Below are positions 8,056 to 15,638 of a DNA stretch of 16,124 bases, one piece after another. Location of the stretch: NCBI GenBank assembly GCA_016839705.1, contig JAEOTR010000085.1:1-16124 (forward strand), in the 5' to 3' direction. The translations under genes and the position numbers were made by a program. How positions within the stretch are numbered: position 1 is the first letter of the stretch; each line of letters opens with the position of its first letter. This DNA comes from Promethearchaeota archaeon (GTDB taxonomy: Archaea > Asgardarchaeota > Lokiarchaeia > Sigyniarchaeales > SOKP01). The notes beneath the pieces are model-generated. The model was not told the origin of the DNA. It was given only the letters and a program-made list of their open reading frames with translations, and made no database searches.

Positions 8056-8141
8056 TTAAAATATAATGAGAACATTTATACCTATTCGTAATCGTTTAGA
8101 TCCCAAGAACCAATAAAATAAAACAAACTATATAAGATTAA

Positions 8142-8411
8142 ATGGAGGATAAAAATATGTCTGATAATGAAAGCAATGAGCTTAAATATGATGAAGAATT
8201 AGACACTCGGGGGTTGTACTGCCCAGAACCTTTATTTGAAGTTAGGAATTTAAGTGAAAATCTTGAAATTGGGCAATGTTTTAAAGTACTCGCAGATGAT
8301 CCGGCAGCTGAAGAAGATCTTAAACGATGGGCTAAGAGAACAGAAACTAAACTAGTAGAATTTCAAAAAGATGGTGAGGATTTAATCTTTTATTTTCAAA
8401 AAGTTAAATAA
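8142..8411 (+). CDS. tusA: Sulfurtransferase TusA/SirA family protein
   Basis: LDTRGLYCPEP (CPxP motif) and VLADDPAAEEDLKRWA. GGAGG at 8144-8148 suggests the true start is the in-frame ATG at 8157. Confidence 0.92.
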   Translation: MEDKNMSDNESNELKYDEELDTRGLYCPEPLFEVRNLSENLEIGQCFKVLADDPAAEEDLKRWAKRTETKLVEFQKDGEDLIFYFQKVK

Positions 8412-8426
8412 TCGAGGTTATTCAAT

Positions 8427-9620
8427 ATGAGTATATATTTAGACTATCAAGCAGCCAAACCGGTTGATGTTCGAGTTATATCAGAGATGACGGTATATTT
8501 AAACAATAAATTCGCCAATCCTTCTTCCCTCCATTGTGATGGAGATGAAGCTACAGATACATTAAGCGATTACCGACGTAAAGTTGCAGATTTCATAAAT
8601 GCTCCAGAACCTGCTTCTATAATATTTACATCTGGGGCAACCGAATCAAATAATTTAGCGATAATTGGAGGTGCAATGCGAATCAAGAAGAAAGGGAATC
8701 ATATAATAATTTCAGAAATCGAACACATTTCAATTTTAAATATAGCAAAATATTTAGAAAGACAGGGATTTGAAGTTAGTAGAGTTCCTGTAGATCAGTT
8801 TGGAATTGTAAGACTTGATAAACTTGAACGCTTAATTACCAATAAAACTATTTTAATTTCTATCTCTACTGCGAGTAATGAAGTGGGATCTATTCAACCT
8901 ATAAAAGAAATTAGCGATATTGCAGTTAAAAATAAGATTCTTTTCCACACTGACGCTGTTGCTAGTGAAAGCATTATCCCATTTGATGTCCAAAAGATCC
9001 CGGTCGATATGTTAACTCTGTCTTCAAATGATATATACGGACCCAGAGGTGTTGGAGCTTTATATCTGAAAAAAGGTGTAAGAGTGAATCCGATCATAAT
9101 TGGGGGCGGTCAGGAAAAGGGGATGAGATCTGGTTCTGAAAACATTCCAGGTATAGTAGGATTTGGCAAAGCTGCTGAGATTATGAAGTCAGAAATAGAT
9201 GATGAATCAGTCAGGTTAAAACTTTTAAGAGATAAATTAATCAAAGGAATCTTAGAAACCATTCCAAAATCCTATTTAAATGGTCATCCAGAAAAGAGAC
9301 TTCCGCATAATGCCCATTTTAGATTTGATTACATTGAAGGTGAATCGCTAATTCTGAGTCTGAAAGATGAGAAAATAGCGGCAGCCACAGGTTCAGCATG
9401 TTCTTCTAAAACGTTAGAACCATCCCATACTTTAATTGCAATGGGGTTACTACATGAAGAGGCCCATGGCTCGCTTATGATTACTTTAGGAAGAGATACA
9501 AAAGAAGAAGATGTAAATGAGTTATTGGAAAAATTACCAAATATTGTAAAAAGATTAAGATTATTATCTCCACTAACTCCTCCAGATTTAATAAAAAAGT
9601 ATAATGAGGTGAATGAATAA
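8427..9620 (+). CDS. iscS: IscS/NifS-family (group I) cysteine-desulfurase-like protein with Asp in place of the PLP lysine
   Basis: NPSSLH, FTSGATESNN, EHISI, GGGQE, RSGSEN and the catalytic loop TGSACSS (Cys325) are present. SSNDIYGP replaces the canonical SxHKxYGP. SD-like GAGGT at 8414-8418. Confidence 0.93.
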   Translation: MSIYLDYQAAKPVDVRVISEMTVYLNNKFANPSSLHCDGDEATDTLSDYRRKVADFINAPEPASIIFTSGATESNNLAIIGGAMRIKKKGNHIIISEIEHISILNIAKYLERQGFEVSRVPVDQFGIVRLDKLERLITNKTILISISTASNEVGSIQPIKEISDIAVKNKILFHTDAVASESIIPFDVQKIPVDMLTLSSNDIYGPRGVGALYLKKGVRVNPIIIGGGQEKGMRSGSENIPGIVGFGKAAEIMKSEIDDESVRLKLLRDKLIKGILETIPKSYLNGHPEKRLPHNAHFRFDYIEGESLILSLKDEKIAAATGSACSSKTLEPSHTLIAMGLLHEEAHGSLMITLGRDTKEEDVNELLEKLPNIVKRLRLLSPLTPPDLIKKYNEVNE

Positions 9621-10425
9621 TATGAGTGATATGAAATCAACCCAATATTCAGAAAAAGTATTAGAGCATTTTCGAAATCCTAGAAATGTAGGGGTAATAG
9701 AAAAAGCTGATGGTTATGGAAAGGTTGGAAATCCTGTTTGTGGCGATTTAATGGAAATATTCATCAAAGTGGAAAAAGATAAAGCAGGTGATGACATAAT
9801 TGACGATGTGAAATTTAGAACTTTCGGTTGTGGTTCAGCCGTAGCAACTTCGTCAATGGTAACAACAATGGCTAAAGGCATGAAAGTTGATGATGCTTAT
9901 GAAATTACTCGAAGTGATGTTGCTGAAGAATTGGATGGATTACCCCCAATAAAGATGCATTGTTCTAATTTAGCCGCTGACGCGTTAAAAGCAGCAATAG
10001 ATAATTATCGAGGTAAGGAAGACTCATATGTTGAAGTAGAGCATAAAGCATGTGCGGCGACAGAAGTACAAGTGATTCTAGGTATTGATGAATTTCTCGG
10101 TAAAGGTGTTTACAAGAAAGTTGATGATTTAACGGAGTTTGATAACAAAAGAGTTTTAATATTAGATACAGGAGATCAATCTTTAGAATTAGCTTTAGAA
10201 TTAACAAATCATACCGGAAGAGTTATATTAGTAACATCTGCAAAATACACGCCAGGTTCTGAAGAATTAAAAAAGAAGCTCAAAATGTCTGATGTAAAGA
10301 TTTTGCATCAATCTGAGTTATTAGAAATTCAGGGAACTGATGATGTGGAGAAGACGATTATACACGATACTGATGAGAATGAAAATTATGAGCTCTTTAT
10401 CGACGTTGTAATAATTCTTGAATAG
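9613..10425 (+). CDS. iscU: IscU/NifU-N Fe-S scaffold fused to a C-terminal degenerate thioredoxin-reductase-like (NADPH-domain) module
   Basis: YSEKVLEHFRNPRNVG, GNPVCGD, FGCGSA and LPPIKMHCSNLA give all three scaffold Cys, followed by about 120 extra aa. GAGGTG at 9606-9611 favours the ATG at 9622 as the start. Confidence 0.9.
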   Translation: MNNMSDMKSTQYSEKVLEHFRNPRNVGVIEKADGYGKVGNPVCGDLMEIFIKVEKDKAGDDIIDDVKFRTFGCGSAVATSSMVTTMAKGMKVDDAYEITRSDVAEELDGLPPIKMHCSNLAADALKAAIDNYRGKEDSYVEVEHKACAATEVQVILGIDEFLGKGVYKKVDDLTEFDNKRVLILDTGDQSLELALELTNHTGRVILVTSAKYTPGSEELKKKLKMSDVKILHQSELLEIQGTDDVEKTIIHDTDENENYELFIDVVIILE

Positions 10426-10447
10426 ATTTAATTAATAATTTTTCTCT

Positions 10448-11581
10448 CTATTTTTTCATAGATTCTAATATGTAGTCAGTTATATATTTACTATCTTTAT
10501 ATGTTTGATTCTTATAATTCACATATCTAAAATTAAAAACACATAGAGGACAGGACGAGATTAAAACTTTTGTTTCTATTTTATTGAATAATTCTTTTCC
10601 AATTTTAATACAAATACTACTATCAACACCTCTAATTCCAGATCCTGCTCCACAACAAGGACCTTCACTAGGGGTAACTGCTAGTTCATTTATCTTCAAA
10701 CCACATTTTTTTAGTAGTATTCTAGGCTCAGAGAAAAGAGGACCATTTTTGTATTTCCTCCCAAGTCGACATGGATCATGATAAGTAATTGTTCTATTCA
10801 AGGGTTTTAGGTTGATTTTACCTTCTCCTTCTAGTTCATAAACAATGTCAATTATATGTTTCACAGTTAAATCATAATCCTTAAAGTATTTCCGATAAAC
10901 TTTATCGAAAGCATATAAACAACCCCCGCAAGTTACTAACAAATTCTTTACACCAATTTTCTTAAATAACTCAATGTTTTCTTTAAAGATTTTTTTTGCA
11001 ATATCAACGTTTCCTGCTGAATAGATATATTCCCCACAACAGGGTTCATTTTCTAAAATCTTAAAATTATAGCCTGCAAGCTTTAATATCTCATATGGCG
11101 CACTCGCACTTTCTCTAACTCGAAATGATGACATGCAGCCAAAAAAAAGTAACGTATCAGAGTTTTTCTTTTCAAAGATTTCTTCCTTTTTATATTTTTC
11201 AAGTAACCAATCTAACCGTTCATCTGGGTTTCCTCCAACTGAATTGTCTTTTTCAACTATTCCCTTAATAATTTTTTTGTGATTCTCTAATGGGCCTTTA
11301 TTTTCTTCAACTATTTTAATTTTTGAAGAATGAATAATATCTGCTATTGGTATAGATTGTTGACATACTAAATTACAGGATGCGCACAAAGTACACGTAT
11401 AAATGCCTAGAAGCTCTTCATTATTTATCTCTTGATTATTAAATATCTTTTCCGCAATCTTTAATCTCCCATTTGGAGATTTATATTCTTCTTCAGTGAC
11501 TTTATAGGTGTCACAAACCTCTAAGCATGTTTTACAATCCAAACAAGATTGTATGTAATTTAAAATCTCTTTTTCATTCAT
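10448..11581 (-). CDS. Fe-S oxidoreductase, HdrD/GlcF/GlpC-like: two 4Fe-4S motifs plus two CCG domains
   Basis: CLDCKTCLEVC and CTLCASCNLVC; FFGC...EPCCG...TCGGC; YHDPC...PCCGAGSG...SCPLC. Confidence 0.9.
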   Translation of the reverse strand: MNEKEILNYIQSCLDCKTCLEVCDTYKVTEEEYKSPNGRLKIAEKIFNNQEINNEELLGIYTCTLCASCNLVCQQSIPIADIIHSSKIKIVEENKGPLENHKKIIKGIVEKDNSVGGNPDERLDWLLEKYKKEEIFEKKNSDTLLFFGCMSSFRVRESASAPYEILKLAGYNFKILENEPCCGEYIYSAGNVDIAKKIFKENIELFKKIGVKNLLVTCGGCLYAFDKVYRKYFKDYDLTVKHIIDIVYELEGEGKINLKPLNRTITYHDPCRLGRKYKNGPLFSEPRILLKKCGLKINELAVTPSEGPCCGAGSGIRGVDSSICIKIGKELFNKIETKVLISSCPLCVFNFRYVNYKNQTYKDSKYITDYILESMKK

Positions 11582-11630
11582 TATTTTAGCTCTAGTTTTA
11601 AGATATAATACTTTTTTACTATATAATAAG

Positions 11631-11648
11631 ATAATAATCTATTATTAT
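11631..11648. promoter_or_regulatory. Perfect 8-2-8 inverted repeat in the divergent promoter region
   Basis: ATAATAAT-CT-ATTATTAT, just downstream of TATATAA (11620-11626). The arms contain only A and T. Confidence 0.3.
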
Positions 11649-11692
11649 AGTTTAATATCATCGAAAAAAATAAAGGAAATCAACGATTTGCT

Positions 11693-12247
11693 TTGATTAT
11701 GAGGAATAAATTAGTCTCAGATAAAACATTAAAAGCTTATATAGATCGCTATGAAAAATTGCATAAACATCGAGATACTGATGAAGGAAACAGATTATTT
11801 GTATCAAAAGTAACTGCGGTTTCAGAACAAATAGATAATTTGCATGTTAAAGCAACAGTTGGGAATTTTGTTATAGAAAATGACGGACCAAAAGATTTAG
11901 GAGGATCTGGTAACGTTCCGGGACCAATGCCGATGCTTCTAGCAAGTCTTGCAAATTGTTTAGAAATAACAGCTTTGCTCTATCTATCAGTGTCGAATGT
12001 GAAGGTGAATTCTATTAGTGTAAAAGTAGAAGCAAAGCACGACAAAAGAAGTGCGCTTAATCCTAAAAATGAGCCATTTCCTGGTTTTTTTGATATCAAA
12101 TATATGTGGTACATTGAGACGGACGAAAATTTAAAAAAGGTCGATAACCTTCTCAAAAAAGTTGAAGAAATATGTCCTGTGAAAGGAACTTGCAGTAAAC
12201 ATCATGAGTTCCCGAGAGAAATTCATTTAGTCGAAAAAAGTTTATAG
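11693..12247 (+). CDS. OsmC/Ohr family protein
   Basis: DGPKDLGGSGNVPGP...LLASLANC and EEICPV carry the two conserved Cys. The ATG at 11699 is the likely start. Confidence 0.88.
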   Translation: MIMRNKLVSDKTLKAYIDRYEKLHKHRDTDEGNRLFVSKVTAVSEQIDNLHVKATVGNFVIENDGPKDLGGSGNVPGPMPMLLASLANCLEITALLYLSVSNVKVNSISVKVEAKHDKRSALNPKNEPFPGFFDIKYMWYIETDENLKKVDNLLKKVEEICPVKGTCSKHHEFPREIHLVEKSL

Positions 12248-12328
12248 ATAACTTTAAATCGATTTGTAAGTGTTGTAGTATAGAAATTAGTTAAAAATGG
12301 TATTTAAACAAAAATTTAGGTAAAAAAA

Positions 12329-14716
12329 ATGGAACGTGTAATAATTGTAGGTGGAGTCGCTGGTGGGGCAAGCGCAGCAGCAAGACTTCGTCGCTTAAAA
12401 GAAGATTATGAAATCATTATGCTTGATAAAGGTCCTTATGTTAGTTTTGCAAACTGTGGGCTCCCTTATTACATTGGAAATATAATAAAGGATCGTGAGT
12501 CTTTAGAACTCGTGACTCCAGAAAGGTTTCTTGAAAGGTTCAATATTGATGTAAGGGTAATTAATGAGGTAACATCAATAGATAAAGAGAAAAGGAACGT
12601 TAAAGTCAGAGATTTAAGTAAAAATAAAGAATATACTCTCGAATATGATTCCTTAATCTTAGCAACTGGATCAAAACCTATAGTTCCACCCTTCCAAGGC
12701 CTTGATCAAGTCCCATATTTTACTGTGTGGACAATTCCAGATGCTGTAAAAATAAGGGAATATGTTGAAAAATATCATATCAAAAATGCCGTTATTGTTG
12801 GTGGAGGATTTATTGGCTTAGAGATGGTAGAAAACTTAGCAGAGAAAGGTGTTAGAGTAAAAATCGTTGAAATGTTAGATCAGGTTATACCCCCTATGGA
12901 TAAAGAAATGGCGCAGTTTATTCATCAAGAATTAATTTTGAATGGAGTATGCCTTGTTTTAAAAGATCCAGTTGATTCCTTTGGAAGTTCTGACGACGAT
13001 AAACCATATATTAAAACTAAAAGTGGGAGAATAATCGAAACAGATTTAATTATTTTATCCATAGGGATTAAACCTCAAAGTGAATTAGCAAAAAATACCG
13101 GTTTAGAAATATCAGAAAGAGGATATGTGGTAGTAAATAAAAGAATGCAAACATCTGATCCAAATATCTATGCTGTGGGAGATGTTGTTCAAGTTCAACA
13201 TTTTCAAACTCAAAAACCGATCTCAATGGCTTTAGCAGGTCCTGCAAATAAACAAGGAAGAATAGCGGCAGAAAATATTGCTGGGAGAAATTCAGAATAT
13301 AAAGGTGTTTTAGGAGCGTCTGTTGTTAAAATTTTTGACATGACCGTTGCAATGGTAGGTTTAACAGAAAAACAGTTACAAAATCTAGATATCGAATATG
13401 ATAAGATATATATCCATCCAAATAATCATGCAGGGTATTATCCTGGGGCCGTTCCTATGGCACTCAAACTGATATTTGAAATTCCTTCGGGGAAAGTTTT
13501 AGGGGCTCAAATAGTAGGTGGTGCTGGGAGTGAAAAAAGAGTGGATGTATTATCAACAATTATAAAAATGGGGGGAACTGTCTTCGACTTAGAAGAATTA
13601 GAATTAACCTATGCACCACCTTATGGTTCCGCAAAAGACCCTGTAAATATGGCTGGATTTGTTGCAGCGAATTATCTTAGAAAGGACATGCCTATTTGGC
13701 ATTGGCATGATTTTAGTAATATCGCAAAAAACGGGGGAATATTATTAGATGTCAGAACTAAAGAAGAATTTGCTGCAAGAACTATTGAAGGTTCAATAAA
13801 TATACCAATTGAAGAATTGAGAACCCGACTAAATGAAATTCCTTTCGATAAACCAATTTTTGCCTACTGTGAAGTAGGATATCGGAGTTATTTAGCATTA
13901 AGAATTCTTTTACAAAGTGGTTTTAATGAAGCGTATGAATTGACTGGAGGATTTAAACTTTTTGAGATGGCAAACGCTACCACAGAAGAAATTATGGCGG
14001 CATGCGGAGGATCCGAAAATGTTATCGAAGAATTTGTTCATGAAAAAGCTACTAAAACTGATGATTATATAGAAGTTGATGCTAGTGGGGTTTCATGCCC
14101 GGGACCATTGAATGCCTTAATTAAAGGGCTTGAAACATTACCAGAAAATAAGAAATTAAAAATATATGCAACAGACCCAGGATTTAAATCTAGTGTTGAG
14201 GCATATTCTAAATTGAATGAAACTGTAAAATTGTTATATCTTGGAAAAGAAAAAGGGATGCTAGTTGCGATTTTAGAAAAAGGTGAACATATTGTAGAAA
14301 CTGTAACACTTGTTAAAAAGAAAACTAGAAAGGAATTAAGGTCTCCTGACGCACCTCCAATTTCAGATATTAGTGTTGATGAGTTATATGAACGCCTTGA
14401 TACTGAAGATGAACCACCACTTTTAATAGATGTACGAACGCCACAAGAATATAATGGTCCCGCAGGTCATATTAAGAATACTAAATTGATTCCATTAGGA
14501 GAGCTTTTAAATAATACAGATGATATACAAAAATATAAAAATGATGAAATCGTCTCTATTTGCCACTCTGGTTCACGTTCTATGATGGCAGCCCAAATAT
14601 TAGCACGAGCAGGATTCAAAGATGTCAGAAACTTAACAGGTGGAATGATGATGTGGCATAGAAAAGGCTATCCTTTTAAATCAGAAGAATCGAGAATGAA
14701 AGGAACTTCTTATTGA
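12329..14716 (+). CDS. cdr: CoA-disulfide/persulfide reductase fused to rhodanese, TusA and a second rhodanese domain
   Basis: FAD motif GGVAGG, SFANC (Cys43), NAD(H) motif GGGFIG...VE, YAVGD and YAPPY. RHD1 has DVRT...YCEVGYRS (Cys514), the TusA domain has DASGVSCPGP (Cys590), and RHD2 has DVRTPQEY...ICHSGSRS (Cys745)...GGMMMW. Confidence 0.92.
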   Translation: MERVIIVGGVAGGASAAARLRRLKEDYEIIMLDKGPYVSFANCGLPYYIGNIIKDRESLELVTPERFLERFNIDVRVINEVTSIDKEKRNVKVRDLSKNKEYTLEYDSLILATGSKPIVPPFQGLDQVPYFTVWTIPDAVKIREYVEKYHIKNAVIVGGGFIGLEMVENLAEKGVRVKIVEMLDQVIPPMDKEMAQFIHQELILNGVCLVLKDPVDSFGSSDDDKPYIKTKSGRIIETDLIILSIGIKPQSELAKNTGLEISERGYVVVNKRMQTSDPNIYAVGDVVQVQHFQTQKPISMALAGPANKQGRIAAENIAGRNSEYKGVLGASVVKIFDMTVAMVGLTEKQLQNLDIEYDKIYIHPNNHAGYYPGAVPMALKLIFEIPSGKVLGAQIVGGAGSEKRVDVLSTIIKMGGTVFDLEELELTYAPPYGSAKDPVNMAGFVAANYLRKDMPIWHWHDFSNIAKNGGILLDVRTKEEFAARTIEGSINIPIEELRTRLNEIPFDKPIFAYCEVGYRSYLALRILLQSGFNEAYELTGGFKLFEMANATTEEIMAACGGSENVIEEFVHEKATKTDDYIEVDASGVSCPGPLNALIKGLETLPENKKLKIYATDPGFKSSVEAYSKLNETVKLLYLGKEKGMLVAILEKGEHIVETVTLVKKKTRKELRSPDAPPISDISVDELYERLDTEDEPPLLIDVRTPQEYNGPAGHIKNTKLIPLGELLNNTDDIQKYKNDEIVSICHSGSRSMMAAQILARAGFKDVRNLTGGMMMWHRKGYPFKSEESRMKGTSY

Positions 14717-14771
14717 TCTTATCTATTCTATTTCTCCTTTTAATTCATAAGTATAAACATTAAAATTTAGG

Positions 14772-14787
14772 GGAAATACTTATAAAT
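14772..14787 (+). promoter_or_regulatory. Candidate BRE/TATA for rubrerythrin
   Basis: GGAAATAC followed by TTATAAAT, about 55 nt before the ATG. SD-like GAGGT at 14831-14835. Confidence 0.4.
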
Positions 14788-14842
14788 CCAAGTACATTCA
14801 AAAATATCGAAAATTCAAATTAATAAAAAAGAGGTAAAAAGT

Positions 14843-15433
14843 ATGAAAGAAACAGCTAAAAAATTATTCACTGCCTTCGTTGGCGAATCACAGGCGAGAA
14901 ATCGCTATACACTATTTTCAAAAGTCGCTAAAAAAGAAGGGCTTGTATTAGTGTCTGAGATATTCCTTGAAACCGCAGATCAAGAAAGAGAACACGGAGG
15001 TTGGTTCTATCGGATGTTACAAGAGTTAAAAAATAAAGATCCCTTTGATGAGATGAAAGTACTCCCAGATGCAAGTTTTCCAACAACCCATGGAACTACA
15101 GTTGAAAATTTAAAGTCTGCCATTGCGGGTGAAGATATGGAATGGCAAACATTGTATCCCGATATAGCTAAGACTGCAGAAAAGGAAGGTTATAATGATA
15201 TTGCTGCAAGAGTGCACGCTATTATGGTTGCTGAAAAACATCATTCTGAGAGATACGGTAAACTCTTAAAATTGGTAGGTGATGATGCTTTTTTCAAACG
15301 TGGAGAGAAGGTTGTATGGGTATGTATGGAATGCGGGTATGAAGTAGAAATGAAAGAATTACCTAAAGACTTTAAATGTCCCTCATGTGACCATCCTAGA
15401 TCCTACTATAGAAAGAAATCTGAAGAATTCTAA
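14843..15433 (+). CDS. rbr: Rubrerythrin
   Basis: Di-iron motifs AFVGESQARNRY, QEREH, AIAGE and AEKHH, plus a C-terminal rubredoxin-like domain CMECG...CPSCDH. Confidence 0.95.
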   Translation: MKETAKKLFTAFVGESQARNRYTLFSKVAKKEGLVLVSEIFLETADQEREHGGWFYRMLQELKNKDPFDEMKVLPDASFPTTHGTTVENLKSAIAGEDMEWQTLYPDIAKTAEKEGYNDIAARVHAIMVAEKHHSERYGKLLKLVGDDAFFKRGEKVVWVCMECGYEVEMKELPKDFKCPSCDHPRSYYRKKSEEF

Positions 15434-15437
15434 AAAC

Positions 15438-15460
15438 TTTTTTTATTTTATCTTTTTATT
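15438..15460 (+). terminator. T-rich terminator after rubrerythrin
   Basis: tttttttattttatctttttatt begins a few nt after the stop codon. Confidence 0.45.
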
Positions 15461-15638
15461 AATACGGTAAAATCAAGATGTAATGGTAATCCTTACTTTT
15501 TAACAAATTTAATATTTCTGTAAGTTCCATTTTGTTCGCCCAGATAATTAAGTACTTTTCGAAATATTGGTCTACTTATTATTAATATATTTGATCAATT
15601 TTGTCAGTATTATAAAATTATCTTTAAATTGATTTATT

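Noticed and set aside
8894-10781. Short ORFs 8894-9097, 9329-9640, 9965-10207 and 10584-10781
   Set aside because: All are antisense to iscS, iscU or the CCG Fe-S gene and have no recognisable motifs.
7284-15433. Selenocysteine or pyrrolysine read-through in the redox and corrinoid genes
   Set aside because: All catalytic positions examined are ordinary Cys codons and the proteins are domain-complete at their stops. For example, the iscU TAG is followed by att taa, and the CDR TGA by a short featureless run to TAA.
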